DNA of 64,000 bases, taken from Sphaerodactylus townsendi (Eukaryota). Position numbers and translations under genes: made by a program. Under the pieces are notes generated by a model. It was not told where the DNA came from, did not search any database, and saw nothing but the letters and a program-made list of their open reading frames with translations. Positions 48,801 through 62,197 of this stretch are shown here, piece after piece. The stretch's first letter is position 1, and the number at the start of each line of letters is the position of its first letter. The stretch covers positions 32,798,001-32,862,000 of the forward strand of contig NC_059433.1 in the NCBI RefSeq assembly GCF_021028975.2, written 5' to 3'.

Positions 48801-50231
48801 CTGGTTAATAATAATAAATCAGCAATGGCCTACATTCCTAAGCTATATGTGGTATGAGAAAATGCCTGTATGGCTAATTTGTGCCTTCTAACCAAACATA
48901 GTGAGGATCAAAGCCAAAAATTTTGCATTCAGAAAGACCTGAGTACAATCGAGGATGTCAGGGGGTTCATTGCATTAAGCCAAACAGTTGGTTCGTTTGT
49001 GCTACACCCTGTAGCTCCAAACCAGAATACATTTGCCCTCTGCTAGCATGCTTATTGTCTGCTTTCTTCAGATCCTCAAAGACAACCTATCTGCAGATCG
49101 CAGAGATCACATTACTGCTATTTAAAACCCCAGATTCTTCAGGTTCTAATGTGAGGCTGGATGGAGTGAGAGAAAAGTCATAGCACGTCTTTTTTTGTAC
49201 CCTAGTGTATTGATTCACAAGGGACATCTTTACGCATTTACATTTAAATCATTTTGCTGGGGGAAAAGCCACAACTGAAATGATGATGACACAGGCTGCC
49301 TGTGGGGCATCAAACACAGTTTGGCTGCATTTGTACAAATAAACTGAAATCAGTGAGCAATTAAAAGGACAACGGCTTAGAGTGCAGTTTTTTCATAGCA
49401 CACATGTATACATATGTGTGTGCATGTATATGCATACTTTTGCTCAATGATTACATTACTAGAGGAATTTATCTTGCCTCTGATTTGTATTAATAATGAC
49501 AATAAAATGGGTTACTGTTTTAAAAAGGCTGCATGCAGATGACATAAAGTCACAAAGAAACTTCAGAAAGTTTGGCAAATATGTTACTTAAATAGAGAAG
49601 ACAATTGAAAAATTATCAAAACTACAAGACAAATTCCACTGTGCTTTCTTAATTAATAATTTATGTGCCTTTCCAACCATTCTGAATTCCAGTTTTGAAT
49701 GGGAAGTTAGCAATATCAGGGCTGTTGGCTATGCCAGCAAATTTTGCTGGAGGATGTTTCACCTTTCCTACTGTAGCAAGAAATGCACCATGAAAATAAA
49801 AAGCTATGCACAAAGGAAGACACATGGGTCACCTGCATTAGTCACAGTTCATGCATATGATGATGGTTTTCTCTGTTTAAAAAGCATCGGTTACCCATCA
49901 TCAATACCACTTTCCTGTACTACCGCCAAATGTTGAAGATCAAACTGCTGGAATTTAAGTCATCTTCAAGTGAGAAAAACACATCAATTTTACAAAATGT
50001 ACATTTGTGTTAGCTTCTCTTACTGGCTGAGCATATATTTACCAGGTAAAAATTTCCTTTGCATAGCTTTGATTTGCAATTAACAGATTGCCCTCTTAGT
50101 GACATGCTTTTGAAAAAGAATTCAAAGAACAGATATTGTACCAGTGGGCTCTGCCCTTGTGCAAGCCACATTAATTCAATATTGATACTGCCTCATTGTT
50201 TGTGATGACTTTAGTATAGTAGTCTAGTTTC

Positions 50232-50436
50232 GCACTTGATCCTCCTTGATCTGAGATTGCAAATGCCTTAACAGACCAGGTGATCGGGAGCAACAGCCGC
50301 AGAAGTCCATTGCGTTCACATCCTGCACATGAGCTCCCAAAGGTACCTGGTGGGCCACTGCGAGTAGCAGAGAGCTGGACTAGATGGACTTTGGTCTGAT
50401 CCAGCTGGCTTGTTCTTATGTTCTTATGTTCTTATG
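50232..50436 (+). mobile_element. CR1 LINE 3'UTR fragment
   Basis: gctggactagatggactttggtctgatccagc followed by a (ttcttatg)3 tail. Confidence 0.85.
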
Positions 50437-51913
50437 GCACTACAGTTGCTATCACAGTCCTCTCAGAGAAATAGCATTGTTTCCACTGGATCCCATTTTT
50501 TGCTGCTTATATAAACACTGGCTTCAGTCAGAATTTTAAAAAAATAAATCAAGTCTATAATGACTAATGCAGTTTGTTTTTCAAAATATTTTTTTAAAAT
50601 TAATTTTCATTGTATATTTGACAGATGCAGAAAAGATACTTCTGAAAAGATAGGAGCAGAACAGAAAAAGACATCTTCCCAAGACTGTTACTTTAATCAT
50701 TACATAATGGATCCCAATGTGACATTCTAATATTATTAGAGAAGCCATCACGAAATCTTTAAGTCACTGTCTTCTATCCACCAACTCTGGAACACCTTTA
50801 CTGGTTAGTCTCTTTTATCTTAATCATTATCAACTTAATCCTCAAATTGTTTTTATAATCACAAATGCATTTTGAAGAAAAGGACAGACCCAGATTGAAT
50901 AAGAATAGAACAAAATAAGCAAGAACAAATAAATGCCATTAGCTAATTATGTGCTGGTTTTATATCATTTATAGTTTGGAGCTTTCTCTTATAACAGATT
51001 TCCCCTCTTGATTTACAGCTTCTCTGCTGGCTCATTTCTGGGAACTCTGGTCCTGAGAAACATCTGCAAGTCCATATGCCTGCAATATGTCTCAGAACAG
51101 TAACGGTAAAGTCATGGATACATATGTGCGTGTGCGTGTACCCACACACACAAAGACAAGAAAAGGGTCTTCCCCATAAGCAGATTCATATTTTGATGGG
51201 AAGTGGACCTGGTTGCTAAAATGAATGGGAACTGCCACATGGGTTCAGCCCTGGACAGCTCCATCAAGAGCTACCACCATAGAGGCTTCTCGGTGGTGTA
51301 GGAAAGCTAAAGAAGTGAAACTGAGCCATAGGGCTCAGTAGGCTTATGCTGCCCAAAAGAGTGGCATATGCCTGAAGTCCCCACTTAATGTAAATGCTTG
51401 GTGACCAAAAGTTACATCTGATGTTGCAGCAAATAGATACAAGGAAAGAGAACACCTACCACTGCTTTAGCACAACGTCACAGGTGTATATGATGGAACA
51501 AATGTATTACAGTACAAATTTTTGTATTAAATGACCGATTAAAATATTCTCATGTTCCATCAGTGACTGGATGTTTGATATACATTTATTGCAACAAGAA
51601 CAGATACATGCAAACTCCCTTGCATGTGCATTCTGTTTTAAATTAATCTACAAGGGTTCACATTACCATCCAGTGGTAAAAAATTAACATTCTCAGTGAT
51701 AAAACGTTAACAGGGCTCTGGCAGCTGGATATGACATTGCTGCCGCACCACCACTTCGCCTTCAGAGGGCTTCCAGGTAGCATGGGAAGACAATGAACTC
51801 CAGAAGCTCCTTGACCACATGAAAGCCCTCCATAGGGCTAAGTAGACTTTAGGATGGCATAAGTCCAAGGCTTAAGCAGGGAACGTCCCTAGCTTGCCCA
51901 CAGCCACGTGGGC

Positions 51914-52623
51914 CAGAGGCAAAGCTACAAGGGGACCAGGGGTGCGTGTTGCACAGGGTGCATGCCTGGGGGGGGGGGGAGCAAAAATTCAGGTTTGTGT
52001 TTTTTGTATTTTATAGTGTTTTCAGTTTTTGTCCTGCAGGGGGCTCAGTTTTAGCCTAGCAGCACCAAAATTTCAGGGATTTTTTGGGAGACTCTCCTGA
52101 TGGTGAGGTTTGGTTCAGGGGGTCCAAAGTTATGGACTCCCAAAGGAGGTTTGGTTCAGGGGGTCCAAAGTTATGGACTCCCAAAGGGGGTGCCTCCATC
52201 CCCCATTGTTTCCAATGGGAGATGTAGGAGATGGGGGCTACAACTTTTGAGGGTCCATAACTTTGGACCCCCTGAACCAAACTTCACCAATCCTGGGTGG
52301 TATCATCAGGAGAGTCTCCTAAAGATACCCTGAAATTTTGGTGCTGCTAGCCCCATGGTGGCGAATCTTTGGCACTCCAGATGTTATGGACTACAATTCC
52401 CATCAGCCCCTGCCAGCATGGCCAATTATCAGGGGCTGATGGGAATTGTAGTCTATAACATCTGGAGTGCCAAAGGTTTGCCACCACTGTCAGCTAGCCT
52501 AAACACTGCACCCTCTGCAGGCCAAAAACTGAAAAACACTAAAAATACATAAAACACAAACAGCCCCCCGCCCGCAAAACTCAAATTTTGCACCGGGCTC
52601 CATTTTCCCTAGCTACACCTCTG
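51914..52623. mobile_element. Non-autonomous hAT element
   Basis: TIRs cagaggcaaagcta / tagctacacctctg. 8-bp TSD acgtgggc/atgtgggc. Contains an internal tandem duplication of about 41 bp at about 52105-52186. Confidence 0.82.
52353..52489. mobile_element. Palindromic hAT MITE (URR1/Chap-like) nested in 51914-52623
   Basis: Near-perfect fold-back: tggcactccagatgttatggactacaattcccatcagcccc / ggggctgatgggaattgtagtctataacatctggagtgcca. Confidence 0.85.
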
Positions 52624-52663
52624 ATGTGGGCCTGCAGCTTTAGGCTACCCACTGTTCTGTGGG

Positions 52664-52965
52664 GTGCAGTGGCGTAGGAGGTTAAGAGTTCGTGTATCTA
52701 ATCTGGAGGAACCGGGTTTGATTCCCAGCTCTGCCGCCTGAGCTGTGGAGGCTTATCTGGGGAATTCAGATTAGCCTGTACACTCCCACACATGCCAGAT
52801 GGGTGACCTTGGGCTAGTCACAACTTCTCGGAGCCCTCTCAGCCCCACCTACCTCACAGGGTGTTTGTTGTGAGGGGGGAAGGGCAAGGAGATTGTCAGC
52901 CCCTTTGAGTCTCCTGCAGGAGAGAAAGGGGGGATATAAATCCAAACTCTTCTTCTTCTTCTTCT
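52664..52965 (+). mobile_element. Squam3-like SINE with (TCT)n tail
   Basis: Full head, core and tail, closely similar to 34355-34642. Confidence 0.9.
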
Positions 52966-54116
52966 ACAGGCTCTTCTGGGTAGAGTGTTGTGGAGCTCTG
53001 TAGCACTTGCCCACCTCCTAATTTGCCCTCCCCACTGGCATAGGTGCCACCTATACTGACAGGATGAGAAAACACGCTGATGTGATCCTGCACCAGCTCC
53101 AAGAGTCCATTCGCTCCACCCATCATATTGGGCTGTAACACTCTCATTCAGGTAGCACAGGAAACAATACTGATCAATATGGTCTATCTTCGTCTTCTTG
53201 TTTAAGCAGGAAATTGATGTTAGTAAATGGAATTCAGTAGAATACTGAGACCTACATGTGGGCTGGGCTCCAACGGACTGCTTCCAGTTCTTATAAATTC
53301 TATGTGGGATTTTCATCTTTTCTCTTCAAAAAACAGACACAACATGTTTTTGAATGCTTCATCTTATTCAAAAGCAGTTTAATAAGAGGCACAAGAGACT
53401 GTTTTTTTTAAAAAAAAATAGCCCAAGGATTATATGGATAAGTAGCCATAGTCTCCAAAAAAATGCTGAAAGTAGGTTTAGCTATTTTTTTAAAATGTCA
53501 CAGTGAAATGATAATTTTTGAATTTCCTTTCTGCTCACAAGGTTTCTCTTTACATAGACTAGCAACAGAGCTGGTTGTTAGTTTGTAGTACTGTGCCATG
53601 TGCTACACTTAACATATTTTATTTCAGAAGAGTTTGTTTTTCAGTGAAGAGTTCACTGCCTATCATAGCCTTGAACAATATTTGTTTAAGTACAATGTTG
53701 CAGTGATTTCTTTCTAATTCTTTCTGATGATGTGCAAAATGCTACTGAGGTGTTATGGGATATATAACATTATTAAACTTGTTAAAATATTGTCAGAACT
53801 TTACAGAATGCACAAAGATTTGGAGCAAATCAAGCTGTATTCAGCAGCTGTCAGCTGCTAATATGTGACTCTTATAAGACAACAATTGAGCATCCTACTG
53901 CAGCACTGATAGCCTTGGTGTTAGTTTTGAACTTTGTAGGGTTACAGTTCTGAATATTTTTGAGATATCTGTGGGAGCGTTATAATATAGTAACACATGT
54001 ACCTTACTGTCTTCTTCCTGAATGTGTTGTCATATTGGCTGTTTGGGCAGGACGAGCCTGTACACCCGCCCCCAGCCCATCTGGTTGCTGCTCAGAGAGC
54101 AGCATACTAAATAGAA

Positions 54117-54118
54117 AA

Positions 54119-54157
<39 letters not shown>
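54117..54157. repeat. (AAAT)n microsatellite
   Basis: Direct observation. Confidence 0.95.
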
Positions 54158-57100
54158 CCAACCAATGTTATCAGGGGTAGATACCAATATATATAATACT
54201 TTGCAATACATTTTGTAATTTACAATGGATTTTTTAAAAAGATGAGATGTCTCACCTGCAGTATGAGGTAATATATAATCCTATGATTATGTCAAGTCAA
54301 AAGTTCAATTTCAGGAAAAAAATGCACGAGCCTTTGGATTTGTTCTCAGTCTGACGTATTTAATTCAGACAGCAGCAGCAGGAGAAAAAATAACAAGTTG
54401 ACTAGTTAATTTTGTACAGCTCAGTCATTTTTAATGAGGCTGTTTATTAAGGACATCATACTAAAGAAGCCCACAATAATGTACTATGTACATTTATATG
54501 GCATGTTTCGTAACTTTTAATAGGCAGCAAAGAGCATGGACATGGAATGAAAATAGCGTGAAATTCATACTTCTGCCATATGCAACCTGATACTGGTACT
54601 TTTTATGTTTTACATTAAAAGTGTTTTGATTCATCAGTTACATTTTGAAGCAGAGTAGTTTTTTTTTTAGTATCGGCACAAAGCACACATACTATATATA
54701 TTTCACAGATCTGCTTCCCCAGAATCAACACAGTGCATGACATGTGAACTGNNNNNNNNNNNNNNNNNNNNNNNNNNNNNNNNNNNNNNNNNNNNNNNNN
54801 NNNNNNNNNNNNNNNNNNNNNNNNNNNNNNNNNNNNNNNNNNNNNNNNNNNNNNNNNNNNNNNNNNNNNNNNNNNNNNNNNNNNNNNNNNNNNNNNNNNN
54901 NNNNNNNNNNNNNNNNNNNNNNNGTAGTTTTATGAGAAATCAGTCTTTTAATCAAAATGATTGAATACCTTAGAGTCAAATCCAAAGATATCAGTTAATA
55001 TCAAGAAACGTGCTATTTCTGCAGATTTTGCCAAGCTGTACATATTGTGGTGCATTTTAAAGTGTTAATTTCGACGTTCCATATTGAAAATTGATCTTGA
55101 GTTTCCGCTTTTTGTCAAGCAAAACATATGGTTACAAGTGTTATGCATTTTACATGACGGCTGTTGAAACTGTCACATGTGCAGACTTGATAACCGAAGT
55201 GACACATACGCAAATAATTTGCTTGTTTAGTAACAATTCAAAGATTCATTATTCATGCAAAAACACATTTTTAAATGATCAGATGGAATGAACCTTCATT
55301 TTGCAAAATCTAGTCTCATTGGTGTGCAAACACAGATAAAATAAAGCTGGAAACTAAGTGGTATTAAAACAAATCCAAGAATATGGGTATTTCCAGATAA
55401 TTATTGAAGCAGATGGTGTTTTTTTTTTGGTTAATTCTGCCATCAAGTCTGAGAACTTGATGTCTTACATCTGTACTTTGTAAAATAAATTTTGCCACTG
55501 ACATTATCTCAGCTTTCTCAAAACACTTCAGTCAGTTTTACCCCAAGATTTCCTAACATCTGCTGCAGTGCATGCCTGTCAGATCTGATTGTTTGAAAGC
55601 ACTCCTTCAAGATGCACATTCTTATCTCACACTTTACTATTGGGCTCCCATATTTATAATGGTATAAATTACAAATCAGCTGGCAACCAACATTCAGAAT
55701 AGCTAGCAACAGCATGACCTCCAATTTTAGTCCTGTTCCTAGTAAACACAGCAACAACAATAATAACCCTAGGATACATCTTAGCATACAATTGTGCTGC
55801 ATGGGGGGGGGCGGGGTTCATAGAGATGGGGAGAGCTTTTGGCTTGCTAGCCATGGTTTACCAAACCTCGCAGGAGATAATGTGGCTATGCCGTCTCTGG
55901 GTGTGCTGCAACTTGTTCTTAGGACTGCACTATCAGTATGTAACTGCAGGAGATACAGGTTAGGGAACTGAAACCCTGGAGGTTGGTAGAAGAAAAAAGG
56001 ACTAAAAAAGAACTACAGGAACAAAATTTAGACCTGCTCGACCTATGATAGCAACTGCCTTCAGACCACGTCACAACCTCTCAATATGTCCTATATTCCA
56101 CGGTGGTGTAAGGATAAACTGGGCCAACCCAGTTATACTGCCCCAACTGCCTTGAAATACAGATACAATGAATAATAAAAAGAAATAGAGAAATAAGTAA
56201 ACACCATGCCAGCAAATGGATTATCACATTTCAGACCGAAGCGACAGTTATTTGGGTGGGACAAAGGATGTCCAAGCATAATCTCCATTTCAGAAGTAAT
56301 CAACCAGTCATCCTCAAGGTTTATATACTCTTTATATACTGCATGGCTATTTAACCAAACTTTGATTATTTGTTCTGAATATCTACTAGAACTTCTGGTT
56401 TTATGTAACCAATCCTAATAGGTTTTCCAAAACAAATAATCATTTGTAATTATTGATCAAATGATATACTACACACATCCAATGTTGGAACAATTATTTT
56501 TTTTAGCAAAACAATTTCAGTTTGAAAATATGCCTGTTTAGGAAAAGACTAGTTTAGACCCCATTTCATAAACTGCCAAGCAGACAGAACTGAAAGTTAT
56601 AAAACTAAAACAACTGCTTTCATTTATATCTTTGCCTGATTATTCTGATAGCTGAAATGTCTGAATAAGTTCAGAATGTGTAAAGCCTGTCACATTATAG
56701 AAACATGTCTCTTTAAACTAAATGTGAAATTCCAGTAATTGAAGTGATAAATCTAGTGTTTTTGCTGAGGTACTTTTGATGAGAACTACAGTAGTAAATT
56801 AGAAATTATTCTGTGCTGTTATATCATGGTAAAAGCCTTTCCATTATCTGTTGTCAGTCACTGGGGATGGGCAAATAACTCAGTTGTCAATCTAACTGTG
56901 AAACTTAAAGTTCTGGGAATAATCAATAAAAGAGGAAAAAATCGCCCTCTATTATCTTCATGTAACTCTTCAGACAACTCTAAGTTGTTTTTTCCCCTTT
57001 TACTTCTGCACATCTCATTTATTCACAGATAAATTGGATATGTTGGAATATTTCATTTTTTATAGCTAGTTGTGTGTCACCGTGTTTTCACATGGTATAC

Positions 57101-57903
57101 GAGAGCTACATTTCAATAAGAACAACCAGTTATAACTTGACTTCTAAAAACAATTTAACACATGCTATAGACTTAATTAAATTAGCTACAACAACCACCT
57201 ATTTTTATTGATTTTTAGCACTACTATTTATTGCTTAATAGGTCTAGTTTAAAACTTCATGATTTTGGCGCTGCTTTTTCACACTGCCATGGAAATATCA
57301 TCTGTAAGTTGGATCACTGATAGCCTAAACAGCAGCATAAATTCTGCATGCCATATAGCTGTTTATAAAATAACGCCTGTTACATGTCATCTGTTATCTA
57401 AATCAAAAACTTTACACCATCAAATGAGGAGCACGTAAAATAATGAACTGTGCAATTTAAACATTAGGGCTGGGAACAAGAACAGGATATTGTAGATTTT
57501 CTGGAAAACTAGAGGATGACAACACACAGAAAATGCTTTCATTCCTAAACAAGCGCATGCAAGGAGGTGTACTCCCCTCCCGTGAATCAGGCAATAGCCC
57601 AATTCAAACAGAATCCAAATAAAACTATTGGGTTGTATCCAATAGACTGCAAGGAAATTTTCACTGGCAGAATACATCTTTCCCACAGGCTGCATGCAAC
57701 TACGTTCACCCAAAGGCTACTCAAAGAAGCGGAGGAATTCTCAGCAATAGCACGATGTGCAATGTGGAAGCCTGCAGAGGAAGAAGGGTATCAGTGAAAA
57801 TTTCATCCTTCTTCTCTTAGCCCTTTTGCTAATGGAAGATGACTGGATCTCAATCGAATACTGTTTACTCATCCTCTTTTACCTGGCAGTTTTAGCTCTA
57901 TTC

Positions 57904-58377
57904 CAGTGATGGCGAACCTTTTTGAGACCGAGTGCCCAAATTGCAATCCAAACCCCACTTATTTATCGCAAAGAGCCAACCCGTCAATTTAACCTGAATG
58001 CTGAGGTTTAAGTTTAGAAAAAACTGGTTGGCTCCCTCTTCCTCCGCCCCACCCGCTCGAGCAGAGGCCAGCTTGCTCTAGCCTCCAGCAAGTCCCGCAT
58101 GCACCGCTTTGTGTCTCTCTAGCATCTCTGCCTCCTCTGCACCCCCCCCCCCTCGGCAGCAGCCACCTGGATCACAGGCACCAGGCCCACCAGCTGAGTC
58201 CTCCCTGATCACTGTGGTGTGCGCACGTCGTGCTCAGTGGCTCAGGCCAGCCTAGATGTGTGTGTGTGGGGGGTGATTTTCTGTCCCCCCCCACATGACA
58301 CACTATGTGTGCGCGTGCCCACAGAGAGGGCTGCGAGTGCCATCTCTGGCACCCGTGCCATAGGTTCGCCATCACTG
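57904..58377. mobile_element. Non-autonomous hAT (hAT1-like TIR)
   Basis: Perfect 16-bp TIR cagtgatggcgaacct / aggttcgccatcactg. Perfect TSD ctctattc. Confidence 0.93.
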
Positions 58378-58693
58378 CTCTATTCTAACAGACTGAGTTT
58401 CCAGACATACATAGCAGGAAGCACTGGAATATGAACACTACAAATCCAAATAAAACCAAGTTAGGTAACCATTAGCACAACATTCCGTGAGGCAACGGTG
58501 TCTATGCCTACAAACAGTAATATTGTTGCAGTATTACTTAATCAAGGCATATTTAAGTAAAGCTGTTATAACAGGATGAAGGATTCAATAGGATTCTAGC
58601 CTTTTACCCTGTCCTTCCACACTATGCTGGATCCCAGTTAACACGCTGTCAGCAGGCTTGCTAATCTCTAGTGAGGAGGGAGTTAAACTGAGC

Positions 58694-60053
58694 CAGTGAT
58701 GTAGGAATATATTTTTTATGTGGGGGTTTGGGGGTGAGGCCACACCCCCACCCACCCTGGGGGCGTGGTCACACCTCAAGCCCCACCCCTGGCCTCAGTG
58801 CTTATTAAAGCAGGTCTCCAAGGCCAGGGATGGCAGACTCCTCTGCCCTGCCCCCCTGCCCCACCCCCCACCAGCTGGGCTTCCAGCTGGTAACCGACAG
58901 TCCCCTCTCCCTCCCCTCCAGGCACAGGGGTAGCTAGGGAAAATGGAGCCTGGTGCAAAATCTGAGGTTTGCGCCCCCCCCCCCCCCATGGGCGGCTGCT
59001 GTGATGCTGGAATCCACCCCCAAATAGCATCACTTTCAATGGTGTTTAAATTAGGGAGCCCAGATTCTCCTTTTAAATCCATCTTAGAGGGAGAATCTGG
59101 GGTCCCCAGTTAAAACAACACTGAAAGTGATGCTGTTTTGGGGTGGATTTAGTGGTGGAATTCAGCAGGTTCGCACCACTTTGGCGGAACCGGTTGTTAA
59201 AATGGTGCTTGTAAACAATCAGCTGTTAAATTATTTGAATTCTCACCAACAGAACCGGTTGTTAAATTATTTGAATCCCACCACTGGGTGGATTATCTTT
59301 CATCCTGAAACAGCATCACTTCCAATGTTTAATCTGGGGACCTCAGATTCTCCCTTTAAATCCATGCCAAAGGGGGTGGATTTAAAAGGAGAATCTGGGG
59401 AAATTTGGAGGGTGCCTGCTGTCAGGGGTGCAATTGTTAAGCTAGCAGCCCCAAACTTTCAGGGTATCTTTAGGTGACTCTCCTGATGATACCACCCAAG
59501 TCTGGTGAAGTTTGGTTCAGGGGATCCAAAGTTGTGGACCTTCAAAGATGTAGCCCCCATCTTCTATTAGCTCCCATTGGAAACAATGGGGGACGGAGAA
59601 CCCTCTTTGGGAGTCCATAAGTCAGCCTTTTTGGGAGTCCATAAGTCAACCTTCACCAAACCTGGGTGGTGTCAGCAGGAGACTCTCCTGATGATACCAC
59701 CTAGGTTTAGTGAAGTTTGATACAAGGAGTCCAAAGATATGGACCCTCAAAAGGGTAGCCCCATCTACTATTAGCTCCCATTGGAAACAATGTGGGGATG
59801 GGGGCACCCTTTTTGGGGGTCTATAACTTTGGACCCCCTGAACTAAACTTCACCAGACTTGGCTGGTATCATCAGGAGTGTCACCTGATGATACCCTGAA
59901 ATTTTGTTGCTGCTAGTCTAAAAATGCACCCCCTGCAGGCCAAAAACCAAAAAAATTTTTAAAATACAAAACCCCCACAAACAGGGGGCGGAGTTTCAGA
60001 CATACAATGGGGGGTTTGAACACGAGAACCCCCCCCCCTTACCTACGTCCTTG
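58694..60053. mobile_element. Composite non-autonomous hAT element
   Basis: TIRs cagtgatgtagg / cctacgtccttg. TSD aactgagc/aactgagt. Internal modules are shared with 51914-52623. Confidence 0.8.
59150..59286. mobile_element. hAT MITE nested in 58694-60053
   Basis: TIRs tagtggtggaattca / tgaatcccaccactg. Perfect TSD ggtggatt. Confidence 0.88.
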
Positions 60054-61415
60054 AACTGAGTTCCTGTGGCAGGCAGTTCCAGTTCTATGAAAAAGGTTCA
60101 TTTTCTTGTGGCCACCCATTGCATTCCAAACTGTACGGACACAATTTCCTACAGTTGTCCTCTGAATTCATGAAAAGCTATAGGGGAGAAGGCAATCCTT
60201 ACAATATCCCAATTTCAGGCCATTCAGGGCTTTAAAGGACAAAGCCTGAATGTCCAATACACTTCTAGTAATTGTGCTAGAAAACACCAATCACTGATAA
60301 ATAAAGACAAGTCATTTACAACTGCAAGCGCTCTCAGCTGTGACGATAACATAGATAAAGGAGTGGAACGATACCATCTCTACATCTCTGACTGGAAAAA
60401 AAGACCTAACTTATTTGGCTTCTCAAACAGATGGACAGACAACAAATCTGGCATTCGAGCATCAAGAAAAAAAGTTAAGAGAGGAATTAAGACTTTTACA
60501 AATATACTTAAGCTATAAAAATCATGCTATTAAAAATCTCTCACTCCGTGCTCTTCCTCTTGGAACTGGGCAGGGCAATACTGAAGCTGGCGTTAATGCT
60601 ATATAAATGTGTAATTTAAAAATGATTCTATATTTGAAAAAATGGAGGCAATAACAACAATTTGGAAATAAATCATAGTGTTATTCACAAATACTATTCA
60701 ATAGCTTTGAAATAATACCAAGGAACTGAATCTTAGGGACTGATGTGTGGAATACCAATCATGAGGAAGAATGAGTGGAGTGGGTGAATATACAGTAGGT
60801 GCAATCGTTCGAGTGTGTGTTTGCATGTGTATGTGCAGGCAAAAAAGGGAAAGCAGGGACTTTTTTGAGCAATTCATTTAAAACGTTTTAAAGCAGGAAC
60901 TAGAATGTTTCCTTCATGGAGTTTTGCATTGTTTTTACCTCAAAATGTTTTATTTTCAGTCTCAAAACATTTTAAATGAATCCCCTTTTAAAATGATTCG
61001 CTGACTGAAACATTTTGAAAACGTATTCAGTAGCTTACGATCTAGTTCAGTTGCTTGCGTATTCAGCTTTCCTGGTGATTGACTCGTTTCTGATGCTTAT
61101 CAGCTTCCCTGAACTTCCTGCTGGGTGCAATTTTCTGAGCTCACTCAGTTGCCCCTCACCTGGTTATTTGCAGCATTTCTCTGTTCTTTTATTTTTTTTT
61201 GGGGGGGGGTCAATCTTTGAACCATTCAGCATACAAGAAGTACAGAATGCAGCACGAGGCTATGAAGCATTGAAGCATTGATTCAACACAAAACCTTTTA
61301 AAAGGGAAAAATCACATAATGGTGGCCAGGTATCGTTTTGAAAGGGAGAGTGTGAACAAAAGGGGCAGATTGAAAACATTTTACAAATGTTTTACAAGCA
61401 TTTTAGGATTTTGAG

Positions 61416-62197
61416 CAGAGGCGTGGCTGGGGAAAATTGAGCCCTGGGAGGACTCCACATTTTCCACCACCCCCCCATAAGCCCCCGTGCCGCCACCCCA
61501 TACCCCACTTACCTGGCGAGGAAGGTCACTCACCAGATAGTGCCCCAAGGAGAAAGGTGGGGTGGCGCATCCCTCTCTCGGTGAGCTGGCTGCACCCCAG
61601 CCACCCCCTCTGTCCAGTCGAGCAGCCGTGGCTGGCTCTTGCACCGCAGCTGCTCAGATGGGCAAAGGATGGCCGCAGTGCAAGAGTGGTGGCGGCAGAT
61701 GCCAGCTGGGCAGTCGTTGCATGCCATGGCCAGCTCAGCTGCTGCCTGAGGGGAAGGCTGATGACATGGCTCCAGCGCGGAGCAGCCAGGTGCTGCCCAG
61801 GCAGGCCTTGGCCCACACTCCGGGAAGCAACTGAACCAGCTGAAGGGTTGAGAGGCCTGCCTGGGTAATGACTGGCTGCTTCATGCTGTGGCTAGGTCAT
61901 CTGCTGCCCGGTGGGCAGGCCGACGACTCAACCGTGGCACAGAGCAGCCAGGTGCCGCCCGGCCAGGCTGAGCCCCACCCCTCAAGGAAGCAGCTGAGCC
62001 AGCCGACAGACTGAGAGGCCTGCCTGGGCAGTGCCTGGCTGCTCCGTGCTGTGGCTTGGTCGTCTGCTGTCTGAGGAGCAGGCCCAGGTCTGCCTCTAAG
62101 CCCAAAGTGTGGGGGTGATTTTCCGCCCCGCACGTGACTCAACGGGGTGTGCGTGGGGCATTTGTCCCCAGATGTCCCCATTGCATCTACACTACTG
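61416..62197. mobile_element. Non-autonomous hAT element, GC-rich with internal repeats
   Basis: Ends cagaggcgtggc / ctacactactg. Degenerate TSD attttgag/atttacag (6/8). Confidence 0.65.
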
